The position numbers were made by a program, and so were the translations under genes. Below the pieces are notes generated by a model. It was not told where the DNA came from. It searched no databases and saw nothing but the letters and a program-made list of their open reading frames with translations. Source: the human T2T-CHM13v2.0 reference genome, Homo sapiens. From it: a stretch of 64,000 nucleotides of DNA. Location of the stretch: NCBI RefSeq assembly GCF_009914755.1, contig NC_060927.1; one strand, written 5' to 3'. The first letter of the stretch is position 1; each line of letters starts with the position of its first letter. Below, piece by piece: positions 1-17,918 of this stretch.

Positions 1-325
<325 letters not shown>

Positions 326-447
326 TTATCAATCCAGAAACAGAAAGACCCTGGAAAGAAGTTTGGACGAAAGCCTAGACTGAGTGTTTCTGACTTACCC
401 TTTCTAGCACTGTTGGTGCCCTGCCTGCCTGCCTGCCTCACTCACCC

Positions 448-477
448 AGAGAGAGAGACAGAGAGAGAGAGAGAGAC
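448..477. repeat. (AG)n microsatellite
   Basis: agagagagagacagagagag... Confidence 0.85.
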
Positions 478-794
478 AGCGTTATAGTCATCACCCATCT
501 GCACATTTCAGCTGCTCTGTGTATTCCCAGGTGGACTGAGAACTCTTAAGCCCAGAGTGATTTTGCAAAAATCTGTCTCCCACCTCTGCCAGCAGCGGCA
601 TCATGGCCCACCTGCACTCACCCAGGCTGGCACATTCTGCCTTCCTCTCGTGGTCCAGTTCCGAAGAATAAATTTACCCAGATACAATACAGAAAACTTC
701 ACATGTCTCTCCTTATTTGAAAACTTTGACAGTCTCCTATTGTTTATGGAAGAAACTTCAAGCCTTTTAATGTGGCATTCAAGGCCCTTCCTAA

Positions 795-1122
<328 letters not shown>

Positions 1123-2302
1123 TATTCAGGCCTTCTTCTATGTTCCAGTTCCCTTCACTTGGAAATCCTTTTCCATAATCTCCCATAATCCTACAAGGCC
1201 TAACGCAAACATCTAATCCTTGTTATGCATGTAATAGTTAGCTTTCACTCCAATCCCCGTCCCTGATCCCTATGGGAAAAATACTCAGTTGAGAGTTTGG
1301 AGACCTAGGTTGAGGTCCCAACTCTACTTCTAATGAGTTCAGTGATGGCCTGCGTCACTCAGCCCACCTGCACTTTAGCTCCCTTCTTGATAAAAATAAC
1401 AAGAGAAACTGTGTATAAAGCCCTTTACAGTTTACAGAGCGTGTGTATCTGGTTTATTTTCACGACACTGGGCAGTTATTTCTGGCTTGTACATGTGAAG
1501 TTAGTTGTCCATATTCATAGTGTGAGAAGAACTGTTTTCTCCTCCCAGCATTCCTTTCTTGGTCTATAAAATTAGAACTTCCTCTCCTCCCCGCTCTAGG
1601 CACTTGACTGGTGTGGGGTGGAGGAGTGGCAGAGGTGAGAAGTAGGAAGTGCAGGGAGTAACTTTTGTAGCTGATGACTTCAGTGTCTACCCTGCAGGTG
1701 GGAAAGGGGCTTTCAAGCACTCTTCGTGTTAGAAAGCCTCACAGTTCTGGGTTGAACTCTCTAGTGTATCTTCGTCGGAAATAAAACTAATATTTGGTGC
1801 TTTCTCTATTGCCTGTGTCCCTTCCTCAGTTAGCTCAGAACCCAGAGGCAAATGCCTGTCATTAGGTATCTCACAGGATCCCCAACAATGTGACTGGAAA
1901 GTGGCAGAAGCAGGATTCAAACTTGCCGTCACTCTTGTCATCTCTTGCTTCCTAGTTTCTGCGCCGTGCAGGTTGTTCTGCTAATATCTGCTAATGTTTC
2001 GGGCCCCAGTTTCCTTTGGGAAACAAGACTGGGTTGTGTCTTCTGCAGCCCACACCCGGTGTGCACCTACTTGTGTTTCACCTGTTGAAACGCTAGCTAG
2101 TTATAGTAAATTGCGGGGTCACGTGTCAGTATCCACACTGGGATGTGAGCTCCATAAGTACCAAGGCCAGCTCTGTCCGGCTCATCATGGCAACCCTAGT
2201 GCGTGACATGTAGTAAGTGTTTGACAGATAATTATGTGCTGAGTGATTATAGATGACACTCAGGTGTCTCAGGAATTCTCCAAGCCGGGGCGCTAGCCTT
2301 CA

Positions 2303-2599
<297 letters not shown>

Positions 2600-2637
2600 C
2601 TAGACCCTAGCTCCATGGCCTGGCCTTTCCCTTGTGA

Positions 2638-3155
<518 letters not shown>

Positions 3156-3805
3156 AGATTCACTTCTTTTTAAAACGAGAAGGGCCAAAGGTACAGATGA
3201 GGATGGACTTGATCACTGAAAATAATTCAAAACAAGGAGACATAAAAGCGTTCCCCTTCTTTGGGCCTCAGTGATATCATGTGACATCGCCTGTCCCATC
3301 AAGGGGCCTGAGTCCAGAGACTCCCTCTAGTTCAGCAAGCCTCTGAGTGAGTGTGGGGGATTTCAATGTAGGCCAAGTAAAAGGAGGCAGTGAAGAAACA
3401 TTTACTTTATCTCAGTGATTCTCAGGTATGCCCAGATTTCAGAGACATTAAATGTGAAGAAATGCATATCTCACAATTGATGTCACCTGACAATTAGCAG
3501 TGTCATTCCTTTCTTAGTGGCATATAACGCAGTGGTGTGTCTTAAAAGCTGGGGGCTTAGATTGGATGCAATACTTTCACCTCTTTGAATGAGCCTGCTT
3601 TCTAGATGACTCCCAATGGCCCCATGAACTTGGGAGAAGGGGAAAGGTGTGGAGATGGAGGCACCAAAGGGAGGGTGCTAAGGCATCAGGGTGCTCTTCC
3701 TAGGAAGCCAACAGAGGAGAGGATGTCTGTTTATCAATCCTCAAGGCAGAGCAGGGAGGCCAACTGAAATTAGAGCAGTCGTATGTGTTAGAAAGTCAGT
3801 AGGTT

Positions 3806-3946
3806 GGCCGGGCGTGGTGGCTCACGCCTGTAATCCCAGCACTTTGGGAGGCCAAGGGGGGGCGGATCACAAGGTCAGGAGATCAAGACCAGCCTGGCCA
3901 ACACGGTGAAACCCCGTCTCTACTAAAATACAATTAAAAAAAAAAA
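3806..3946 (+). mobile_element. Alu left monomer only
   Basis: GGCCGGGCGTGG...TACTAAAATACA plus A-tail; TSD AGAAAGTCAGTAGGTT at 3790-3805 and 3947-3962. Confidence 0.9.
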
Positions 3947-4924
3947 AGAAAGTCAGTAGGTTAATGCTATGGTTAGTGGTGACGGATGTCCTAGAAACAG
4001 GACAATGAGCAACAGGCCAGGGATTCTGGGAACTGTGCTCTGATGTTCCCAAGTACTTTCTCTGTTTATCACCATGTAAAGCTGGAGACCGTGCCCTCCT
4101 CTCTCATCTGGATCTCAGACAGCTGGGGAAGATGGTCTGTTTCTATCTGCATACGTTAACTTAGCAACAAACCAGTCTCCTCCCAGCAGATTCTGCCCTT
4201 TTCACCGTCAATTGCATTTTGCTCTAGAACGGTTTTCAGGACACCAGTCTCTGACCATGAAGTCACAACATGTTCATGGAAAAACTGCATTTGTATTTTC
4301 AAGAGTGGAAGGTGGGTAGGAAGGAGCTCTTCCTGGGGCTCTTTTTAAGTTTATAGTTGCTTTCCAAAGCGTAGCTTTTTGGATTTATTATTGTGTTAGA
4401 AGCCCTCAGTAATAGAAATGTACACTTCTAAAGGATATCCTGTTTACATAACCTAGAGTGTGAATGTTGTGTATGTGATTCTTGCTTAGTAAGAAAAGGA
4501 GCTTTCTGATAGATTAAGCTGCCCAGAGATGGGATGAACTGTCCTGGAAGGCGATGAGCTCCCAGTTCCTGGAAGTGTTTGAACAAAGCTGGATGCTTCT
4601 GTCAGCAGATGGTGTCGAAGCGGCTTCTCTCCCAGACTGGAGGTCAGAAGAGATGGTCTTGATGTTCTTTGCTACCAGAGTATCTATTTTGCAGTGAGTG
4701 CAGGAACCCTGTCAGTTTGTGCCCCGCAGGTGGTCATGGAAATGCATAAGTGGATCCTAGTCCTTGCCATCCTTGCCTGCCAAACGCTTTCCTCTCAATT
4801 CCTGCTAGGAGCAGGCAGTCCCGATCCAGCAAGGTTCCCATCCTCCCTGACCCAGGCTGCCGGACACCCAGTCACTCTGCGTCAGCACTCCGCAGGCCTG
4901 GCCCCGGACGCCCACAGCCACTCA

Positions 4925-5161
<237 letters not shown>

Positions 5162-5639
5162 TCATTGTTCCCAGTGGCAACTGGGCAAGAGATTGATTGC
5201 AATGAGAATCTGTGACTAGGATGGGATGTGCGGGCAGGGGGTGAATGCTGAGTAAAGGGCTCTTCTCAGGGCCCACTTCAGCCAAAATCGCTGTGACATT
5301 CTAGACTCTGTAAAAAAAGGGGATGATGGGAAATACCTTTCATCTGAAACAGTGCACAATTCTACAAGTCATCTTTGAATCCTGTGCAAAGTCAGATGTG
5401 TTCGCTGTGGGGAGCTAGGACTCCAGAGCGCACGGAACTTTCCTCATCTGACCCTGAGGAGGGATTTAGTCATCAAGGCTTTGGAGAGGTGGTGGGGATT
5501 TGAAAGGTCTGTATCATGCTTTCTCTAGGGGCCTGCGCTCCGTCCAGACTTCAGGTGTATACAGTTAGCTTTAAAGGAAGCTGCCACTGTGTGGGGAAGG
5601 TCGAGGGAACCAGGCCCTCCTAGGCTGCCTGGCACGCGT

Positions 5640-6010
5640 TGCAGGGAGACCATACCAGTTTACAACCTCTGCGGAGGGCAGTTTGGCAATATCTAGCAAA
5701 GCTAAAAATACATATTATACTCTTTGGCCCAGCAATTTCACTTCTGGGAATGCATCCTCCTGATATAAGAAATGATGTATGTGTAAAGTTATTCATTACA
5801 GTACCGTTTGTAATAATACAAGATAGGAAACAGCCTATGTGAGCATTAGTAGGGGGCTGGGTGAGTAAACGATGGCATATCCAGACAATGGAATTTTACT
5901 TCCTCTTTCAAAAGAGTGGTATGCAGTGATTTCTAATATTTAATGACAAAAGAGTCAGGTACAAAATAGTGTATCTATTAAGGCACCTTTTGTGTAAAAA
6001 TGGAGAAAAT
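5640..6010 (+). mobile_element. Old L1 (L1M-type) 3' fragment
   Basis: Phrases such as 'cagtttggcaatatct' and 'ccagcaatttcacttctgggaat' resemble L1M 3' ends. Confidence 0.6.
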
Positions 6011-6014
6011 GTTT

Positions 6015-6519
6015 ATTACGTTGGTTTTCTGTTGCTGCTATAATAAATTAGCACAAGCTTCAAACAGCACAGATTTATTATCTTGCAGTTGTGTAAGTCA
6101 GAAGTCTGACAGGTCTCACTGGGCTGAACTCAAAGTGTTGGCTGTGTTTCCCTCTGGGAGCTCTAGGGGAGGATCAGTTTCCTTGCCTTTTCCAAGTTCT
6201 ACAGGCCGCCTACATTCCTTGGCTTGAGGCTTCCTCTATTTTCAAAGCCAGCAAAAGGAAGTCAGATCCTTCTCACATTGCATCTCTCTGACTCTTATGC
6301 CATCATCAAACCTCTCTCTCTTATCACAGCTGGGAAAGATTCTCTGCTTTTAAGGATTTATGTGATTAGATTGAGTTCCCCTGGATAATCAAGGCTAATC
6401 TGGCCATCTCAAGGCTCATAACTTCGATCACATTTGCAAAAGCCCTTTTCCCATGCAAAGTAACATTCACAAGGTTAGGGCGTGGACACCTTTGGAAGCC
6501 ACTCTTCTGCTTACCACAG
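6015..6519. mobile_element. MaLR LTR (MLT1-like)
   Basis: 'ttgctgctataataaatt...agatttattatcttgcagtt...ttaccaca' resembles MLT1 LTRs. Confidence 0.7.
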
Positions 6520-6704
6520 TTATTAAGTATTTGCTTGTATATGTATATATTATCTGTAAAATTACATAATACATGGTTTTTACTAGTTGCTACTGGGGAG
6601 GGAAACTGAGGTACAGAGGTGGGAGGGAAACTTTATGTGGTGTATTCTTTTACACCTTTAGGATTTTGAACAATGTAAATATATTTATCTAGTTAAAATA
6701 CTAA

Positions 6705-7001
<297 letters not shown>

Positions 7002-7584
7002 TATTCTAGAAATTTAAAAACAAAAAGAGATGCGCTCACCTTCAGAGTCAGAACTTGAAAAGAGAGGATGCTGCACACAGGTGAGTATTGCTTCAGCCAC
7101 GGCTTTCCGCTCAAATGTATGCCACATTCATGACCATAAAGTTCTACTCACTTATTAAAGCACAGCTTTCAATTAAAGCCACTGAACTTAACATTCATTT
7201 AAAGTACCAAAGAATAAGGTTAGAGGTTAACTGGTTTCATAGACATTCTCGGAAGAAGCTCCATTTTCTATGGTGCATTCAAATCTGTTCTATTTCTGTT
7301 AAAGTGAGTTTAGTGCCCCATAGTAAAAACCAAGGAAGCATGATTTTTCAGAAAAGAGGAAACTCAGAGCTTCCTTATGATCTCATATTATTTTTGCAAA
7401 GGCTTCTTAATCTTTTCAGATCTCTGGTCAGTATTGAAAAATAATCCTAGAAAAGAAGAGGTAAAACTCTATCTGTTTGCAGATGACATATAAAATATCC
7501 TAAGAAATCTAAAACAGAGACAAAACCAAAAACTATTGGATCTAATGAGTTAAGCAAGGTTACAAGATACAAGATTAATATTCA

Positions 7585-7898
<314 letters not shown>

Positions 7899-7971
7899 TA
7901 TATACATATATAAACATATTTCTCTACTTGCAATGAACAATTTGCAGATGAAATTAAGAAAATTCCATTTA

Positions 7972-8342
<371 letters not shown>

Positions 8343-10332
8343 TTAACCAAAGAAACATAAAACTTATACTCTGAAAACTACAAAGTATTGTTGAAAGAAA
8401 TTAAAGATGACCTAATTCAATGGAAAGATACACTATGTTGACAAGTTAGAAGACTTAATATTGTTAAGATGGCAGTACTCCCCAAATTGATCTTCAGATT
8501 TAATGCAATCTGTATCAAATTCCAATTGGATTATTTGCAGAAATTGACACGCTGATCCTAAAATTCATATAAAAATGTAAGGGACACGGAATAACCAGAA
8601 GAACAAAGTTGGAGGACACATGTGTTCTTATTTCAAAGCTTACCTCAAGGCTTTGATTACTACAAAGCTATAGTAATCAAGACTGTGTGGTACTGGCATA
8701 AGTATAGACATATAGATCAATAGAACTGAGAGTGCAAAAATAAACTCTCACATATACAGTCAATTGATTTCCTATAACGATTTCCTACAAGAATATTATT
8801 TGGCAATAAAAGGGGATATAGTATTGATACATGCTACAACGTGGATGAACCTTGAAGACGTTCAGTAAACCAGTCACAAAAGACCACATATAGTATGATT
8901 TCATTTTTATCAAATATGCAGAATAGGCAAATTCGGAGACAGAAAGTAGATTAGTGGTTGCCTGGGGCTGGAAGGGTTGGAGGGGAGATGGAGACTCTGT
9001 GAATGGGTATGAGGTTCCTTTTCGGAACAGTGAAATGTTCTAAATCGATGGTGGTGGTGATGGTTGCGTAACTCTGTGATGATACTAACAACAATGGAAA
9101 GTGAAAAGCTACTTTAAACAAGTGAATTACGTGCTATACAAATTATATCTCAATAAAGCCGCTATTTTTTAAATCCTGCTTTAATTCTCAAAGGACTTCT
9201 ATAAATACAGATCAGTTATCATTTCCAAAGTGCTTTGGGATTTGTATCCAAAAGCGAAAGTATAACTCAGATTCCTTGGATTTTTTCTTTAAAGCCTCTC
9301 TGTGGTCTATCAGAGTTACCTGAATAAAGGGATCAGCCTGTAAGTGGAGCAAGTCAGTGTAGACGTTAGTGTACTCTATGGCCTCTTCCTACCACTCCTG
9401 TATCTCCTGATCCCATGGATGGTGCTCCTTCTCCCACCCAGCGTCCCCTCAGAGGTCCCAACACTCATTCACCTTGAGGTGCGAGTGTATGATAACAACT
9501 TCGATGTTACTGTTGCCATTCTTAAAAGAGATCCAAACCTTCTCCTAAGGAGAGGAAGTCTTAAGGGTGAGATTCCAGGCTTGAGTAGCAACAGTGGGAG
9601 CCTGTGAGTCCTGTCCTCCAATAGCTGCCTCTTTCTGCCGCCCTCTTCCTTCCCCTCCCGCTAAACCCCAGGAAGAAAGACCATCTATGGAGGAGCTCGT
9701 TGTATTGATGACATTTTGGTGCAGATACCAAGAAAGCCCCCTGGAGAATTTTGGGCTTTCCTGAGCCCTGTTTGAGTGACCTTTGGGTGCCCTGCACTGC
9801 TGAGAAGCCTGGTTTTGAATCCTACTTGCATTTACCAGCTGCGTGAGCTGGGGAGGGAGATTCCGATGCTGCATCTGTAGAACAAGGATAATAGCTCTGT
9901 AGCAGCTACTATGGTTCCCTGGTCCTGTTCCCCTCAGCCCACCTCTGAGTTCACCGCAGCCACGGTAGGCAATTCCCAGACACTGCCAGCCTCCCACCTG
10001 AGACCCTGTGTCTCTCCTCTGCCAGGGGGCTCAGCTAGAGCCACGGATGCTCCCATGACCTGCTGGCAGCAGCTGTGGGACAATCGGAGGGGCATGCTCC
10101 ACGTGTCCTCAGAGGGTGCCCAGTGTGACTGACCCTGACGGCCCAGGGCGACAGCTCAGGAACGCACCCTTTATTGCTTCTGTGCTGTCTCCGACTCACC
10201 TTCCCACCTGCTCTCGTGCGTCCCGGGATCATCCCAAACCTCTCTGCCTGCAGTCTTTATCTCAGCAGATGTCTGCTTTGGGGAAACCCCAAATAAGATA
10301 AATACTTGTCCCAAGGTGTGCAGTGGAAATTA

Positions 10333-10626
<294 letters not shown>

Positions 10627-11169
10627 TCATGAAGTAAGAGTGCTGTGCCCATGGTCCCCTCTGTGGGCGGTCCCTCCTCTTCTCTCCCCAGCCCATGTGA
10701 AACCTCATCCTGCAGGGGAACACCTGCCTGTCCTTGTTGCTGTGAGGCCTTCCTCAGAGCCTCTGCACCTCCACGAGGGCGCTCTCTGCCTGGTATTCTG
10801 GTTTGTTGGATTGATTTTCACCCCTGTCCCACCTAATTATGCATCTCCCAGGATGGGCACTGTGTCTAGTTCTCCTCAGAATCACCCACGGACCTCAAAG
10901 TGTCGGCTCAGTAGATACTTGTCAAATGAACAGAAACAGCGTGGAGAGGGCTATGTAAAGTGGGGGATTAAAGCCTCCAAGTGAACCACGAAAGACACGA
11001 AACCAAACCAAATGTTGCCCAACACTTAGTGTCCTCTGAGATTCTTCAGGGAGATGCCTCTCTGACACCATCCCTCCCCCTGCCCTCGTCTTGCTGGCTG
11101 TTCTACCAGCCCAAGAGTGCGCTTGGAAACCTTAACAGGGAGCGGCCTGCTGGGGGCTCCAGGGTCACC

Positions 11170-11375
11170 CCAGCCAGGTTCAAATTGTGACTCTGCCCCA
11201 TACTAAGTATAACTGTGTCCAATTTATGCCTTAGCTTCTTTGTCTAGTAAATGGGAATAATTATCATTCCTAGCTCATGAATTTTTGTGAGAATTAAATG
11301 AGATAATATACAGAGAGTACTTAGAGGAGTGTCTGATACAGAGTAAATGCTCAATAAATGCTAGTTATTGTTATT
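11170..11375 (+). mobile_element. MIR
   Basis: 'gtaaatgggaataat...gagaattaaatgagataat...gctcaataaatg' MIR core. Confidence 0.75.
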
Positions 11376-11394
11376 ATCAAAAGCAGAAAGATGA

Positions 11395-11783
<389 letters not shown>

Positions 11784-12971
11784 TGTTGAGGGTATTTTTC
11801 ATAGATGAAGTTCATTAAATCAGAGAAGGACTGTCAGCTGATGTGTAACTGTGCAACAAGCATTTCAACCCCAAGAGTCCTTTGGCAGCAGAAGCTGGCT
11901 TTGAAGCGGGGCAGCAAGGCAGGGAGACAGAGGCTGCAGGACTGTGTGCAGGTTCTGGGCATTGGAAGCTCCCCTGTTTCCTTCACTGACTCGCTGTCAA
12001 TCTGCTCCTTTCCTTGTGACTCCTTGCCTGTAGCTTGCACACGAGCTATTTCCAGCTCTCTGCATTTCTCCCTGTAATGATGATGACTGATGCAATGCAA
12101 GCAAAATGTTCTCAGATCTGAGCATTTCGAAGGATGTGTCATTACAGGAATAATTATAACTGCTTTATTGTGAGTCTCTAAACCTCTAAATACCCTTTAA
12201 TAATCAATAGCTTTTTTTCCCCTGGAGGTTTTGTTGCCTGGTTTTCCAAAGAACAGTTATGTAAGGAGTGGCAGCTTGCCAGCTGGGGTTGCTGCAGGGG
12301 GAGATGGTTGCTGAGGCCCCTTTGAGCAAGTCTGCGACAGGGCCACTTTCCCTGGTCTCTGAGGTTCCGTTTCTCATCAGCTCCACCACTGTATAAACAA
12401 AACCTGTCTTTTAACCTTTTGGGGGATGATGAATTTATAGAAATGCAGCCTAAACCCACACAAATTTGCATCCATTTTAAAGAGATCTTGAATTCTACTT
12501 AGTAGGCCCAAGCTGAAAGCCTGGCCCAGAGGATCAAACCTCAAAGACTGGCCACACACTATGCACATTCCACAAGGTCCCCACACTGGATAGGACCTTA
12601 GAGGTCATCTCTCTAGCTCTACTTCCAAGGTGTACAGATGGGGAAAATGGGGCCTGGAAGGGGCAGAGAGCTGGGACTCGAGCTCCATCTCCCCCTCTCC
12701 TGTCTGCAGCACCCCGAATCTGCTGCTTCTGTGCACCGCCATAGGGCCTTTCAATAACCCCCCACCTCTGTGACCTGATGAGTCTCACCACCACATGACA
12801 CTGCAACAAAAGTCAGTTCTACATCTTACTCTGACAAAATGCTCTCTTGTGAGCTGAAACAGATTCTTTACCTCAGTAGGAGGATTTCAGAACAACCCCT
12901 TTGACTGACCCTCTTCCAAAGATGCCTCTTGGTTACATTAGTTTTATTCCTGTGGTTAAAACTCCTTGTGA

Positions 12972-13302
<331 letters not shown>

Positions 13303-13371
13303 AAAACTCCTTGTGAGAGAAAGGGCGGACAGCATCCATTATAGTTTTCAATGTCCTTTCATTCTAATTTA

Positions 13372-14069
<698 letters not shown>

Positions 14070-14952
14070 CTAAGGTGACAGTGCATCCACCTTGGGCCTG
14101 GCACTAGCTGGAAATCACTGCTCCACTTGCATTAAGCTTACCCGTGGAGAAGCCCTGGTCCCAGGATTTTAAGGGTGCTATGCGCTCAGTCTCCATAGCA
14201 CCTCCTCTGGAGGCGACCTCTGCTGACACTCTCTTCATACCAACGAGGTGAATTTGCCCGGGTTACTTCCTGGTAAACTACGAAGCCACAGTGTAAGCCT
14301 AGGCCTGGGGACAGGCTAGAATGTAAGCCTAGGTCTCCCACAAGCCCGCGCTCTTAGTGCCTGGGGACACAGCCCCTGACCTCAAAGATCTGCAGAACGT
14401 GAAGGACTAGATTTTGAAATTTCACCTCATAAAATAAAATAGGTTCCAATAAGTCATTAGGTCTCAAAGACTCATTTAGCCATTAAATATAACAAGACAC
14501 GTATCTCCCAAACACAATATTTTATGCCATATTGTCAAATGCATTTTCTATTCACACCATTAATTCCAGTTTCCAGATTATTTTACTGCGATGCACCGTT
14601 GGACAGCTTGCTGAGAATTCACCTAGGACGGTGTTTGTGCATGGAAACACCTCGTTGTCCAGTTTGGAGGGGTAAGCAAAAGACGCTGGGATGAGTTCAC
14701 ACTGGGTTTGGTTTTATCTTAGGCATGTTGCTAGTGTATCTGAACCTCAGCTTTATCACTGGAAAAATGGCTCTGATGATACCTACCTTGTACATTTGTT
14801 TGAGGAAAAATGAGAACAAGTCTAAAGCTACCGGCACAAGCTCTCAATCAGTGGTAGTTATATGTAGCTGAAATGGGGCAATGGAGAGTCTAGACTGTTT
14901 CTATTTTAGACATTATTATCATAAATGAAAAGCTTAAAACTACAGTACATAC

Positions 14953-15018
14953 CTTTTCTTTCAAGATGAAGGCAGTTTCCAGATGCAGAATCAGCCGATT
15001 TGAGATGCCTGTCTTGGT
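14953..15018 (-). other. APOD: APOD exon 1 (non-coding 5' UTR); start site approximate
   Basis: Donor GAAAAG|gtatgt at 14953/14952 with a TATA box just upstream; fits the known APOD structure with a short non-coding first exon. Confidence 0.85.
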
Positions 15019-15038
15019 GACTGGCCTCTCCCAAGCTA

Positions 15039-15045
15039 TTTTATA
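15039..15045 (-). promoter_or_regulatory. APOD TATA box (TATAAAA)
   Basis: Minus strand reads aagctTATAAAAtagc immediately upstream of exon 1. Confidence 0.85.
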
Positions 15046-15227
15046 AGCTTCTTCAGGTCTCTGATGTTTACTTTTCATGCATGCCACGCCCGCCGCCCCC
15101 ATCCAGTCAGGAGGGTTGGCCTAAAAGCTTAGTCTGTATCGAAACACAAAGATGGGATGTTGTGTCCATCCTCCTCCCCCGATTTCCTTCACAGCTGCTC
15201 CCTGAAGAAGAAATGAGATATTGTTTT

Positions 15228-15230
15228 CGC

Positions 15231-15267
<37 letters not shown>

Positions 15268-15300
15268 TGTGTGCGAGAGAGAGAGAGAGTATGTGTGAGA
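15228..15300. repeat. (CG)3(TG)n alternating purine-pyrimidine tract followed by (GA)n in the APOD promoter
   Basis: cgcgcgtgtgtg...gtg at 15228-15263, then a gagaga run. Confidence 0.9.
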
Positions 15301-15541
15301 GAAAGATAAAGTATATTTTCATCCAAAACATTTTTTTTTTTGCTATGTGGATTTTCTAATTTAATTTTTTTGGTCAGAATGCACTTTTAAGTTCCAGCAG
15401 GACGTGTTGCAACATGTTTTCAAACATCTGGTATTTATTTTTCATTTTTGTGTAAATGAAAAATCAACAAGCTCATTTCCTGAAGTGGAACATGGAGTTC
15501 CTGACTCCACTAATGGGAGTCAGGTAATGGCGCGAGGGTTA

Positions 15542-15548
15542 TGAGTCA
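15542..15548. promoter_or_regulatory. AP-1 consensus TGAGTCA about 0.5 kb upstream of the APOD start
   Basis: Exact motif match only; function not shown. Confidence 0.35.
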
Positions 15549-17198
15549 AAGCTGGCTTTCTCCAGGATCCTGGGCAGCCCCCTAACTTCTCTGAGCCACA
15601 GTCTCCTCGTTGTAAGTAGGGGCTGTCATTCTTTCTCCACCAGAGCCAGACGTGTAGGGGAGATACCAGTTCTCTAACAACTGGGGCTAAAAGTTGAGAA
15701 TGCAGAAGACATCTTCTGTCGCTCTGTTCTCTGTCCCTTTTATGACCCTTGCAGCGAGAAGTTCAAGACAGTCTGTCACTGCTTGGGGGTGGGGGCCGGG
15801 GTGGTGGGGAGTGTGGACTTAAACCCAGGGGTGCTTTTGGTCCAGCCTTATCTCTCCTGGTGGAATGAACAACTTTGACTCTTGTGAGTGAGATTCTATG
15901 TCTTTGTGATAGGCAGGAGGTATGTTTAGAGACATTTAGATAAGGCAGTGCCTTCATAGTAGACTTAGACTCCTAAATGAAATTCATTCTAAAATATGTA
16001 AGCAACAGAGATACATTTACAGCACTGAGTCTATAAACATGAAAACAACAACACAGATCCGTAACATCCCAAACGTTGTGAGCGCTTTCTTTAAGATGTT
16101 CTTTGCCTTTTCAGAAACATAAGAAATTCCTACTACCACCCAGGGCCTGCCTCTCGCTGACCTCCTGTGCTGCCCTCCCCTAAGAGCTCTGTGTAGCTCC
16201 CTTCCCCACTCCAGGTCCCTGATCAGATGACACTTTTCCCTAAAAAGCTTCCTGACCTTTCAAAAATAGCACTCTTGTCACTGTCCCTTTCCCTGCTTCA
16301 TTATATCTTTACCTGAAATTCTCTCCTTTATTTATACATTATCCTGCTTAGTATGTTTTCCCCAGGAGGATAGGAGCTTGAGGCGTGCCAGGAGTTTGTC
16401 TCTTTGACTCTGTGTTGTGCCCCAGTGGCTAAGCACATACTAAGTGCTCAGTAAATACTTATAAATTAAATGGATGCTATCCAAAGAACTTAATGAGTTT
16501 CTAAGATATACAAAAGGCCCCAGAGGTAATATTCATGCGATTTTGATTTCAATTGTATTTCTGGAGAAGCACTAGCCTGTATGTTTCTGTCTTCTTCACC
16601 TGTATCACATTTGCCACCAAGAATTGCCTGTCATTGAAGAAATACACAATTAGCCTCTTTTCAGCCTATTACAAAAAATTCTCTCTCCTCTAAGCAGTTG
16701 CACAGTTTTCCACAAAGCACTGTTGCCTAAGTTTCCAAATATGTATGTTGGAGTTGGAGATATCTATGTATTTTAGCCCTCAGCACTGAAGTCGGCAACC
16801 ATGGAGCTGAAGGTCCAGGTCTAGGAGTCACAGCGGGAGAAAAGCCACACGATCTTCCTAGGTCTCAGTTCATTTTTTCTGTAAATATTGGTAAGTGATA
16901 TATTCCTTAGGGAAATCCTCTCTTCACATGTTTCTGGAATGTATAGCCAGTAACAAATTCTTAAGCAGCATAAAACAAATCAGACCTATCTTCTAAGCAA
17001 GTGTTTATTTTTAAGTCCCAAAATAAATACACATTTGTTCAAAACAATTAAAATAGCACCAAAATGCAGGACTCAGGAAATGTAAGCACCTCATAATCCC
17101 ACACCTCAGAGATAAGCATTATTTTGTTTGTAATTATTCCTCTGGATCTTTCTATACAGATCCCTATGTAATAATAACAATATTCAATGTTCTGAAAC

Positions 17199-17605
<407 letters not shown>

Positions 17606-17617
17606 TGAGAGCACATT

Positions 17618-17918
17618 TCTTTTTTTCCTTTCTTTTTTTTTTTTTTTTTTTTTTGAGACAGAGTCTCGCTCTCGCCCAGGCTGGAGTGGTGCAGTGGCCG
17701 GATCTCGGCTCACTGCAAACTCTGCCTCCCAGGTTCATGCCATTCTCCTGCCTCAGCCTCCTGAGTAGCTGGGACTATGGGGGCCTGCCACCATGCCCGG
17801 CTAATTTTTTTTTTTTTTTAGTAGAGACGGGGTTTCACCGTGTTATCCAGGATGGTCTCGATCTCCTGACCTCATGATCTGCCCGCCTCGGCCTCCCAAA
17901 GTGCTGGATTACAGGCGA
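17618..17918 (-). mobile_element. Alu (AluY/Sc-like)
   Basis: Antisense Alu with 'ccattctcc' and 'gatggtctcgatctcc'. Confidence 0.9.
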
